Under the pieces are notes generated by a model that saw nothing but the letters and a program-made list of their open reading frames with translations, did no database searches and was not told the DNA's origin. From assembly GCA_044356455.1 (NCBI GenBank), contig JBIKWF010000013.1, positions 1 to 57,213 of the forward strand: a stretch of 57,213 nucleotides of DNA, written 5' to 3'. Position numbers and translations under genes: made by a program. Origin of the DNA: Bdellovibrionota bacterium. Its GTDB lineage: Bacteria; Bdellovibrionota_C; UBA2361; JBGSMV01. Below, piece by piece: positions 47,251 to 56,500 of the stretch (positions within the stretch are counted from its first letter, which is position 1; each line of letters begins with the position of its first letter).

Positions 47251-48324
47251 CTAGGTATTGGGGAGGCTGCGGTATACTTCTAGGGCTCGCGTGACACTTG
47301 CCGAAAGGGAAAACTTGCTCACTACTCGTGCACAGGCCGCAGAGCCTAAGGTGTTTCTCAGTTCGGGGCTTTGGCAGAGAGAAGTAAGGGCTTGGGCGAG
47401 AGCGCTTGGGTCGTCCGGGTCTACCAGCATTCCGTCAATGCCATTTTGAATTACCTCTGGAATGCCGCCGACAGCGGAGGCTACTACGGGGCGCGAGCCT
47501 GCCATCGCTTCAAGAAGGGCCTTGGGCAGTCCTTCACGAGCACGCGAAGGCATCACAAAGATATCACAAGCCCGCATCAAGCGAGAGCCGTCCGGTCTAA
47601 ATCCCGTGAGATGAACTAAGCCGTTGAGAGGGGGCTTGGCTGCTAACGTTTGTATCAAGGGATCGCGGACTTCTCCCACAAGCAAATAGTGCACGGAGCC
47701 GTCCAAGGGGAGTTGTTCGGCCGCCTTTAGAAGCACGTCGACACCCTTTACTGGTCGCATGTTCGCATTGCAGCCAATCACCAGGGAGTGTTCGGGAATT
47801 CCAAGCTCTGTAAGCGTGGATCGCTCGGCAGTTTCCCCATACCAGGCCGTATCATGCCCTTTGTAGATAGTGACTAGTCGTGTGTCGGGCAGCCCCATCT
47901 GTAGCAGTGAGTTCCGCACCGCATCTGATACGCACATGATGCGTGAGAGTTTTGGATTGAGGTAGGTGAGCCAGTCTGCAGGATTGAGCCAGCTAAGATT
48001 TCCAGCGGTCCCTCGATAACCAATGGTGGGAAGACGCAGGCCTATTGCGGCGATGGTAAGAACGGAGAGCGCGCGGCTCGTGAAGGCGTGCGCTACCTCA
48101 GGACGCCACTCCTTCAAAACTCGCCGAAGCCTTACCGCGCTTCCAATGTCAAAGCGGCTTCGAAATCGAAAGTCATCAACTTGAGTTCCAAGACTGCCTA
48201 TCTTTTCCAGGGCGGGGGACTCGGAGATTCCGAGAACGCGGACCTCATGACCACGCTCCTTTACACCGTGCATGAGGCCTGCTTCCGCTCGGTCGCTATC
48301 CTCCGTTAGGTACAAGACCCGCAT
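47251..48324 (-). CDS. Glycosyltransferase family 4
   Basis: KG.DVLL; DIFVMPS..REGLPKALLEAMA...PVVAS.VGGIPEVI. Confidence 0.93.
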   Translation of the reverse strand: MRVLYLTEDSDRAEAGLMHGVKERGHEVRVLGISESPALEKIGSLGTQVDDFRFRSRFDIGSAVRLRRVLKEWRPEVAHAFTSRALSVLTIAAIGLRLPTIGYRGTAGNLSWLNPADWLTYLNPKLSRIMCVSDAVRNSLLQMGLPDTRLVTIYKGHDTAWYGETAERSTLTELGIPEHSLVIGCNANMRPVKGVDVLLKAAEQLPLDGSVHYLLVGEVRDPLIQTLAAKPPLNGLVHLTGFRPDGSRLMRACDIFVMPSRAREGLPKALLEAMAGSRPVVASAVGGIPEVIQNGIDGMLVDPDDPSALAQALTSLCQSPELRNTLGSAACARVVSKFSLSASVTRALEVYRSLPNT

Positions 48325-48382
48325 GGCAATTCCTTTACTCGGGGCCTGGTAATGTGAGGCTACTCTCCCTTCCCGTCGATGC

Positions 48383-51300
48383 CTACTGCTTCTTCCGCAG
48401 CGCTATCGAGACCTTAAAATCTTCTCCCGAAAGAGTAGAAAGCTCGGCCTCGGCTGTGCCTAAGGCAGAAGTGCTGCCGAGTGATGTTACCACAGTCCCC
48501 AAGGTTTCAACTTCAATAGCACTGCGCTGCTTTTCAAATACTGCAGCTGCGGCAGAGAAGGACGTGGTAAGGGTAAGCTCAATCCTGTCTTGCACTTCGA
48601 GTCCTGACTCTCGGCGCAGGACTTGAATTTGACGCAGAACATCGCGTACCCAGCCTTCTTCCTCAAGTTCTTTGGTAACTGTGGTGTCAAGCACTACAAA
48701 AATTCCCGCTTCTTCTGCAGAAATCGTGTTGGGCCTTGGCTTAAGCTTGACCACAAAGATCTCAGCGGGGAGTTCCTTTTCATATTCAGGAAGTTTAACG
48801 GCTTTTCCATCCTTAATGAGAGGTAAGAGAGTAGCGGTTACTGCCGGAGTAAGCGCATTAACAATGGCTACTACCTTGGCAACGTCTCCTCGAAGCACGG
48901 GCCCTGATTTTTTTAGGTCGAGCTCTAGAAATTCGGAAAATACTTCCTCCTTGCTCTTAAGAAACTCAAGAGCTTTTACGTTGAGTTCTCCCAAAATTAC
49001 GGATTCCATCTCACGCAAAGATTTCTCTTGTTCCGCGCTTGCCATGATCGCAAGACGCGAAAGGGGTTGACGCACCTTTATCTTCGATTCGGAGCGAAGA
49101 CGAAGCGCGATGTTTAGCGTCTGCCGTACGTGAGCCACGCTCTTTACAATTCCGGGAGCTGCCCATGTAGTCGGAATACCTGGCCACTCGGCAAGATGCA
49201 CCGAGCCAGGTTCAGAAGCACTTCCGAACTTCCGCACGCAGGTGAGCCAAATCTTCTCCGATAAGAAAGGCATGACAGGAGACATCACCACCGCAGCGGT
49301 ACGAAGCGCGTAAAAGAGCGCAGCGTATCCGGTACTCTTGTCAGTGCTCGACTCTGATTTCCAGAATCTGCGGCGGTTCGACCTGATATACCAGTTTGAA
49401 ACACCTTCTAAGAACTCTTCAAACGCTCGAACAACAGCAGGAGTATTAAAGTCCTCAAATCCTTTCTTCGCTTCCCGTTCAAGCTCGGCGATGCTTGCAA
49501 GGAGCCAGCGGTCAGTCGAACAGAGCTGTTCAGGATTCGCCAGCGCTTTTATGTCAATCGATGGCTTATCCAGCTCGGCGTAGGTCATGAAGAACGAGTA
49601 AATATTCCAGAGCGAAATGAGCTGGCGACGCGCCTCATCGCCTTGGCTGTATCCAAAGCGCAGGTCGTTAGTGGGCGCCTGGCTGGCGAAGTAGTAGCGC
49701 ATGGTGTCCACGCCCATCTTCTCCGCTGCTTCATCAAACTTAATCATGTACCCAGTCTTCGAGAACTTTGTGCCGTCTTCGGCGAGCACTCGTTCATAGG
49801 TGAGTACGTGTTTATAGGGGGCTCTCTCTCCGAGAGTGACGCCCATAAAGAGCATCGAGTAAAACCATAGCCTCACCTGCTCGCTCATCTCGCAGATCCA
49901 ATCTGCAGGAGCCCAGGCTTCCGCTTTGCCTTCACTACCGCGCTCGTAGCAGCCACGTGTGGAATAGGGGACGATGCCGGCGTCTAGCCAGCAGTCGCCA
50001 ACCTCTGGAATGCGCTGCACGAGCGTGGCGCACTTCGGGCACTTGATGCGAACGGCGTCGATCCACGGGCGATGGAGTTCTGGTATCTTTGAACAGTCAT
50101 CGGGACTCAGAGTCTGTAGCTCTTCTTTTGAGCCAACGACCGTGACGGTCTCACAGGAAGGGCAGCAGTAGAGAGGGAGCGGAAGTCCCCAGAAACGCTT
50201 TCTGGAGATACACCAGTCGCCCATGTTCTCAAGCCAGTTTTCCATGCGCTTGCCGACATGCTCGGGTTGCCACTTCACCGTGCGAGCGGCTTCGATGAGT
50301 TTGGGGCGCACTTCTTTAGAAGAGATGTACCATTCACCCACGAGCCTAAAGATCAGTTCGTCTTTGCAACGCCAGCATACGGGGTAGCTGTGCTTATGTT
50401 GGTACTTACTGTAAAGCTTCCCGTTCTTCGCAAGGTACTCCGCCACTTCATTTGCGACAGTCTTCGCGTTCTTTCCCTCAAGAGCCCCATATCCCTTAAC
50501 GTATTCGCCCTTCTCATCAACGGGAATCAATCGTTCAATGGCCACTTGGGTGGAGAGCTCGTAGTCCTCACGACCACAGCCTGGCGCGATATGAACTACG
50601 CCAGTTCCTTCTTTGGGGTCGACCTCTTTCCATAGGACAATGCGGTGGCTGAATCCTTGCTGGATGGGCAATTCAGAGAAGATTGGTTCATATTCGACGC
50701 CTTCAAGATCGGTGCCCCGCATAGTCTTGAGCACTTGGGGATTTCGAGTCTTCCAGCCGCCTTGGCTCCACGTGCGGAATACTTCACTTGAAAGGATAAG
50801 GGGGAGATCTTCGCCATCAACCTTAACCAAGGAATATTCAAGCTCAGGGTTGACCGCGAGAGCCGCATTGGCTGGTAAGGTCCACGGGGTGGTTGTCCAA
50901 ACGAGCATGCGCGCGCCAAGCTTCGGCAAAAGAGGCTTAATGTATACGGCAAGATGCTCCATGTCCTTGTAGGAGCCCGACATCTCGTGCTCGGAAAGGC
51001 TCGTGCCACAGCGGGTGCACCAGGGCATAGGAACGTAGGAGCGGTAGAGCCAGCCATTCTTGTGGCAGGTTTTTAGGAATTTCCAAATTCCCTGAATGTT
51101 CTGGTCGGTATGGGTGTAATAGGAGTCTTCCCATTCCATCCATTGCCCGAGTCTCTCTGACTGCGTTGTTTGGATCTTGGAAAATTTATCGATGCGGCCC
51201 TTGCAGGCTTTGCTGAATTTATCGAGACCAAACGCCTCAATATCCGGCTTGCCCTTAAAGCCTAGCTCTTTCTCTACTTCAACTTCCACCCAAAGTCCTT

Positions 51301-51634
51301 GGCAGTCGAAGCCATTTTGGAACTGGCAATTGTAGCCGTTTAGATTCTTGTAGCGAATGAAGATGTCTTTAAGAGTTCTGCCCCAGGCGTGATGCACGCC
51401 CATGGGATTGTTGGCCGTGATTGGGCCATCAAGAAATCGAAACAATGGCTTTGCCTTAAGCTTGGACTGAAGAGCCTGGAACGTCTTCTCTTTGGCCCAG
51501 TGCGACTGCATCTCGTGCTCAATCGCAATAAAATTCGGCTGATTTCCTGAGGCTGTGTTTCCCGACGCGGGGCCAGAGGCGGCGGTAGATGAGGCTGCTT
51601 GCGCTACAGGGGAGGGAGTTGTTGCTTCGGCCAT
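48383..51634 (-). CDS. ileS: Isoleucine--tRNA ligase, type 2
   Basis: DGPITAN, GFDCQGL, WTTTPWTLP, GTGVVHIAPG, DWCISR.R.WG, type-2 C-terminus. HIGH reads GVHH and KMSKS reads KFSKT. Confidence 0.96.
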   Translation of the reverse strand: MAEATTPSPVAQAASSTAASGPASGNTASGNQPNFIAIEHEMQSHWAKEKTFQALQSKLKAKPLFRFLDGPITANNPMGVHHAWGRTLKDIFIRYKNLNGYNCQFQNGFDCQGLWVEVEVEKELGFKGKPDIEAFGLDKFSKACKGRIDKFSKIQTTQSERLGQWMEWEDSYYTHTDQNIQGIWKFLKTCHKNGWLYRSYVPMPWCTRCGTSLSEHEMSGSYKDMEHLAVYIKPLLPKLGARMLVWTTTPWTLPANAALAVNPELEYSLVKVDGEDLPLILSSEVFRTWSQGGWKTRNPQVLKTMRGTDLEGVEYEPIFSELPIQQGFSHRIVLWKEVDPKEGTGVVHIAPGCGREDYELSTQVAIERLIPVDEKGEYVKGYGALEGKNAKTVANEVAEYLAKNGKLYSKYQHKHSYPVCWRCKDELIFRLVGEWYISSKEVRPKLIEAARTVKWQPEHVGKRMENWLENMGDWCISRKRFWGLPLPLYCCPSCETVTVVGSKEELQTLSPDDCSKIPELHRPWIDAVRIKCPKCATLVQRIPEVGDCWLDAGIVPYSTRGCYERGSEGKAEAWAPADWICEMSEQVRLWFYSMLFMGVTLGERAPYKHVLTYERVLAEDGTKFSKTGYMIKFDEAAEKMGVDTMRYYFASQAPTNDLRFGYSQGDEARRQLISLWNIYSFFMTYAELDKPSIDIKALANPEQLCSTDRWLLASIAELEREAKKGFEDFNTPAVVRAFEEFLEGVSNWYIRSNRRRFWKSESSTDKSTGYAALFYALRTAAVVMSPVMPFLSEKIWLTCVRKFGSASEPGSVHLAEWPGIPTTWAAPGIVKSVAHVRQTLNIALRLRSESKIKVRQPLSRLAIMASAEQEKSLREMESVILGELNVKALEFLKSKEEVFSEFLELDLKKSGPVLRGDVAKVVAIVNALTPAVTATLLPLIKDGKAVKLPEYEKELPAEIFVVKLKPRPNTISAEEAGIFVVLDTTVTKELEEEGWVRDVLRQIQVLRRESGLEVQDRIELTLTTSFSAAAAVFEKQRSAIEVETLGTVVTSLGSTSALGTAEAELSTLSGEDFKVSIALRKKQ

Positions 51635-51835
51635 ATGAGAAGTTACTTTATGACGAGACTATATTTATAGTGGGCCCTCATCGTACTCTGCTTCAGATGT
51701 CCAGTAAAGCTAGGGCCTTAGGTGGTGGGTGGAGGGGGAAATAAGGCCTCACACCAGGTCTCAGAGACCTTGCGGATTGTGCCTATCGCCGTTGGCCTCT
51801 ACGGTTATGAGACAGCCCAAAGGTTTGGATTGATT

Positions 51836-52237
51836 ATGCGAAATTTGAAATCAGCGGCATGCTACTTTGCACTTGTTTTCGCAGTAGGCTTTGCGCTTGG
51901 CTGTATCAGGGTTCCCTTCCTGGTTCCAAGGCTGGGCCAGAGGGCTGCCGAGCTTCTTGAGGCACCCTTTATGTTTGCGGCGATTATATTTTCGGCACGT
52001 TGGGTCAGTCGAACTTTTCCCGGTTCGACGCGTCAGCTCCTCAACGTGGGCCTCATCGCAGTTGGTTTCTTGTTTTTAGCTGAGCTCACGGTGGATGTGC
52101 TGATTTCCGGGAGGGCAACGTGGGAAGTATTCTTTAACCGCGACCCACTTTCAGGTGCGGTTTACTATGTACTTGTCGCCATCTTCGCTGTCATGCCGGC
52201 CCTTGCGCGTGTTGGTACTCAGAGAAACGTTCACTAA
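51836..52237 (+). CDS. Hypothetical membrane protein
   Basis: Four hydrophobic segments; YFALVF..GF.LG.IRV..LVPRLG.R.AEL.E.P; start MRNLK at 51836. Confidence 0.75.
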   Translation: MRNLKSAACYFALVFAVGFALGCIRVPFLVPRLGQRAAELLEAPFMFAAIIFSARWVSRTFPGSTRQLLNVGLIAVGFLFLAELTVDVLISGRATWEVFFNRDPLSGAVYYVLVAIFAVMPALARVGTQRNVH

Positions 52238-52290
52238 CCAAATGGCATTCATATGCGGATTGTTTTTATTCCACATGTATGGATTAAGAA

Positions 52291-53403
52291 ATGAATAAAT
52301 TCTTCAGAGTATTTTTGTTTTCCTTTTTCCTGCTGTCCTCTCTTCCAGTGGCCTCAAGTGAAGAGCCAAAGAGGGAAGTTTCAGTAGGAGTAGTTCTTCA
52401 TCTGACCGGAGACTTGGCAATGCAATCGGCCGCGTTTCGGGAAGGGCTAGAACTTGCCGTTGAGGAGATCAATAACTCTCGAACCGGCATGGTATTGAAT
52501 CTAAACGTTGAGGATGGTCAGAATAACCCGAAGACTTCAAATAGCGCCGTTCAAAAGCTACTCCATCATGACGACGTCGTTGCAGTAATCCTCTCTTCCT
52601 ACTTGGACGCCATGGCAAGTGGCCCTTTGTTAGAGGCCCGAAAGATTCCGTCACTAGTTCTTTGGGACTCAAGTCCTGAGATAGATGATATTGGCGAATA
52701 TACCTTTGCAATTGGCCCTTGGACACCAAGTGCCGGAGAGGAAGCGGCTCGTTTCTCTACCGAGAAGCTCGGCGCGAAAACCGCCGCTATTGTGGTCAAT
52801 TCTGATTCATGGTCAGAAGCCGTGGGAACTTTTTTCAAGAGGGACTTCGAGAGGCGCGGCGGCAAAGTGCTAGAAGAGGTTGTCCTTGGAGCATCAGAAA
52901 CCGACTTTCGTACTGTCATTTCAAAGATAAAGAGCAAGAAGCCTGACGTTTTGTATAGCCCCTTGGTATTCAATCTGGTCCCCTTTTATTCTCAAGTAAA
53001 GCAGCTACAGCTATCTTCGACTATCGTCAGCTCCGATATCATTGCAGATGAACACATCTCGAAGGCGCCTCAGGCGTTCGAAGGTATCTTCCAGACTGGG
53101 CTCCTGGATCCAAGCTCGGAGGCCTATGGGCGAGTTGCGGCCGCTTACAAAGCGAAATATGGCCGTGAGATTTCCATGCCTTGGTTTGTGGCGGTAGGTT
53201 ATGACGCCGCTTCAATTCTTGCAGAAAGTATAAGCCGGAGCCGCGCAAGCGGCGCGGACATTAAAGATTCTTTGTATTCGCTGCAGGATTATGCGGGCGC
53301 TTCAGCTCGCATTTCCTTCAATAACAAGGGAAGTTCCCCGCAGCTTGAGCATATGTACCAGATCAAGGGCGGAAAATTGGAAATCTTGGGGCGAGACCTT
53401 TAG
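52291..53403 (+). CDS. LivK-like ABC substrate-binding protein (no cognate permease/ATPase adjacent)
   Basis: Signal peptide; VGVVL.LTG; GLELAVEEIN; DF..VI.KIK..KPDV; GYDA. Confidence 0.9.
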   Translation: MNKFFRVFLFSFFLLSSLPVASSEEPKREVSVGVVLHLTGDLAMQSAAFREGLELAVEEINNSRTGMVLNLNVEDGQNNPKTSNSAVQKLLHHDDVVAVILSSYLDAMASGPLLEARKIPSLVLWDSSPEIDDIGEYTFAIGPWTPSAGEEAARFSTEKLGAKTAAIVVNSDSWSEAVGTFFKRDFERRGGKVLEEVVLGASETDFRTVISKIKSKKPDVLYSPLVFNLVPFYSQVKQLQLSSTIVSSDIIADEHISKAPQAFEGIFQTGLLDPSSEAYGRVAAAYKAKYGREISMPWFVAVGYDAASILAESISRSRASGADIKDSLYSLQDYAGASARISFNNKGSSPQLEHMYQIKGGKLEILGRDL

Positions 53404-53582
53404 GGCTTAATATGTCGCATGGAGGTTTCTATCTCTTAGATTCGCAGGCTTGCCGAGGCAATGAAGTGCAAAATAGCAGTGCACACGAGGGCCTCTTTGG
53501 TTCGACTGCAGAAAAGTGGGTGGCACCAGGATGCCACACTTTGCGTGTTCGCAGAAGCCAATGGCCTCATGATTCCTATTTC

Positions 53583-56500
53583 TTAGGCCGCTTTTTTCCA
53601 GTAGGCGATCCATTCGAGGCCAAATTCAAAATTATTCCCAGGAAACGTGAGCAGATTTCTGAGATCTTCGAGATCCTTGATGTGGATCGCACCTTCGACT
53701 TGGTGTGAACTTATGCGCGTTCCGCCGGGTAATAGAAAGACAGGCTTTACCGGATCGAGTGCAGAACCAATGCACTCCTTGATATTCAGATACCTTCCCC
53801 CGAGTTCCTTGAGATCCAGATCCTCGCTGTCGAGCTCCCCAAGTGCGAGCATCACAAGGATGTCCCGATCGAGTTGATTAGAAAAACTGCACGTGTGCCA
53901 CTTAGTTTCTGAGCCGCCTGGCTGAAGCGGAAAACTAAATGTATAGAAAAGCTCTTTCTGATCCGGATTCTCGTCGAAGAACACCCGTGGAGTAATAGCG
54001 TCGCGGTACAGCCTTCCATTGAATTCAGCAAACGCTTCCAGGGGGCTGTAACGGTGAAGCAACCCGCTTGTCAAAACATGTCTGCGCTGCTCCGCGGGGA
54101 CATCAAGAAGCTGCGACATCCCCTCGCGCAGCGCCGCTACCCTAGCTTCTCCGCTGAGTTCCGTCTTGAAGATCTCGCGTTGGATACTAAATAGGTAATC
54201 TCGTACGTGCTCGAGATCTCTGCCCTCTTTCTTCGCAGCGAGGTGATCGATATAGCCAAGTACACCGAGAATTTCCTTATGCAGTAGGGACTGCGCGGCC
54301 AAGTCTTCAAAGAATACCTTTGGTGTTCGGCACTCAACATTCCTTTCGCGCGAAATCACGGTGTACGAAAGGTTAGTTCCCTCAAGGAGCTTGCTGTGTT
54401 TCTGATAGGTAGCCGCAATATTCTCAGCGTGCCCGCCCCATTTTATCTCAAATATTTCGTCTCCCACGCGGTAATCCGCGCGGTCTCCAAAGAATTCTCC
54501 TTTCTCATCTACCGTAAGGCAGTATTGCGGAATAACCTTCTTCTCCGGATAAGCCGCAAGGAGAAATATTCCCACCAACTGCTCAAACGCTTCGCCTTTA
54601 AGAAACGTGCTGAGCGAGGTTTTCTTAAGCTCTACGCCATTCTCAATCGAGTACTCAACAAGCGCCCTTTTACCAGTAAAGGTAGCGCGTCTCTCGCGAT
54701 GAAATTGTTTCGGAAGTACCGGCAAGTCAAGCTTTGTCGCCTCATCGACGTACTCAAGCAGCGCATCTTTCCCGGAAGCATTCTCGGAGAGAAGCATCTT
54801 TATAAATCGCCGCTCTTTTCCAGCACTCAAAGCGCTGATCTCAAGCCAGTATCCCTTCCCTTCTAAGTACTGAACAGAGTGCAACCGGGGGGCGCTTGAT
54901 GGTTGGGGGAGGCCGATACATCGCGTACTCCCAAGCTTTTCCCCATTCGGGAGCGGAAAAGTTTTCTGTGTCTGTCCAGTCGTTCCAATAAGCTCAGGGC
55001 ATGGGAGGCCCCATGGGAATGTTACCTTGCCCCGTAATTTTGCCAGTTTATAGCGCGCAGCTTGCGCAAGCTCTACCTCAGTCAAAGGCGTTAGCTCCCA
55101 TTCTCCCTTTTGATTCTCAGAGATGTTTACCCACGCCCTCTGTTTCGTGCCGTCTTTGTTGGCAGCAGAGAAACACAGCCAATATCCTTCGCCCTCTTTG
55201 TACCGAATGGAGTGCAACCGAGGGTCGCTTGAAGGCGCAGGGAGGCCGATTCCTCGCTGACTCCCGAGCTTTCCCCCATTCGGGAGCGGGAAACTTACCT
55301 GTGTCCTTCCGTTCGTTCCAATAAGCTCAGGGCATGGGAGGCCCTGTGGGAATCTTGCCTCGCCAGTATCTTTTGCAAGTTTGTAGCTGCGAGCCAGCTC
55401 TTCTGCGAATAATTGCGAAGAAGTTTTTAACTCCCATTCTCCAGGGCTCGTCTCGCAAAGCAGTACTTCTACCTCGCTCCTTGCGCCCTTTTTGTCAGCC
55501 GCAGACAAACACAGCCAATACCCTTCGCCCTCTTGGTACCGAATGGAGTGCAGACGGGGGTCGCTTGATAGATTGGCAAAACCGATACCTAGCTGACTCC
55601 CGAGCTTTCCCCCATTCGGGAACGGAAAAGTTGTCTGTGTCTGTCCAGTCGTTCCAATAAGCTCAGGGCATGGGAGACCCTGTGGGAATCTTGCCTCGCC
55701 AACGTCCTTTGCAAGGCTGTAGTTGTGAGCCATCTCTTCAGCGAACAATTGCGAAGAGGTTTTTAACTCCCACTTTCCAGGGCTCGTCTCGCAAAGAAGT
55801 ACCTCTACCTCGCTCCTTGCCCCTTTACTGTCAGCCGCAGAGAGACACAGCCAATATCCTTCGCCCTCTTTGTGCCGAATGGAGTGCAACCGAGGGTCGC
55901 TTGCTGAACGAGGGAGGCCGATTCCTCGCTGACTCCCGAGCTTTTCCCCATTCGGGAGCGGAATAGTTGTCTGTGTCGTTCCGACCGTTCCAATAAGCTC
56001 AGGGCATGGGAGGCCCTGTGGGAATGTTACCATGCCACGTAATTTTGCGAGTTTATAGCGCGCAGCTTGGGCAAGCTCTACCTGAGTAAATGGCGTTAGC
56101 TCCCATTCTCCCTTTTGATTCTCAGAGATGTTTACCCACGCCCTCACCTTCGTGCCGTCTTTGTTGGCAGCAGAGAAACACAGCCAATATCCTTCGCCCT
56201 CTTTGTACCGAATGGAGTGCAACCGAGGGTCGCTTGATGGAAAGGGGAGGCCGATACCCCGATTATCCGCGTGCTTTTCCCCATTCGGGAGCGGAAAAGT
56301 TTTCTGTGTCGTTCCGTCCGTTCCAATAAGCTCAGGGCATGGGAGGCCCTGTGAGAATGTTGCCTTGCCCCGTAATTTTGCCAGTTTGTAGCGCGCAGCT
56401 TGGGCAAGCTCTACCTGAGTAAAAGGCGTTAGCTCCCATTCTCCCTTTTGATTCTCAGAGATGTTTACCCACGCCCTCTGTTTCGTGCCGTCTTTGTTGG

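Noticed and set aside
53412..53708. 98-aa ORF as an immunity protein for the nuclease
   Set aside because: It is on the opposite strand, overlaps the 3' end of the nuclease gene, and has no RBS or recognisable features.
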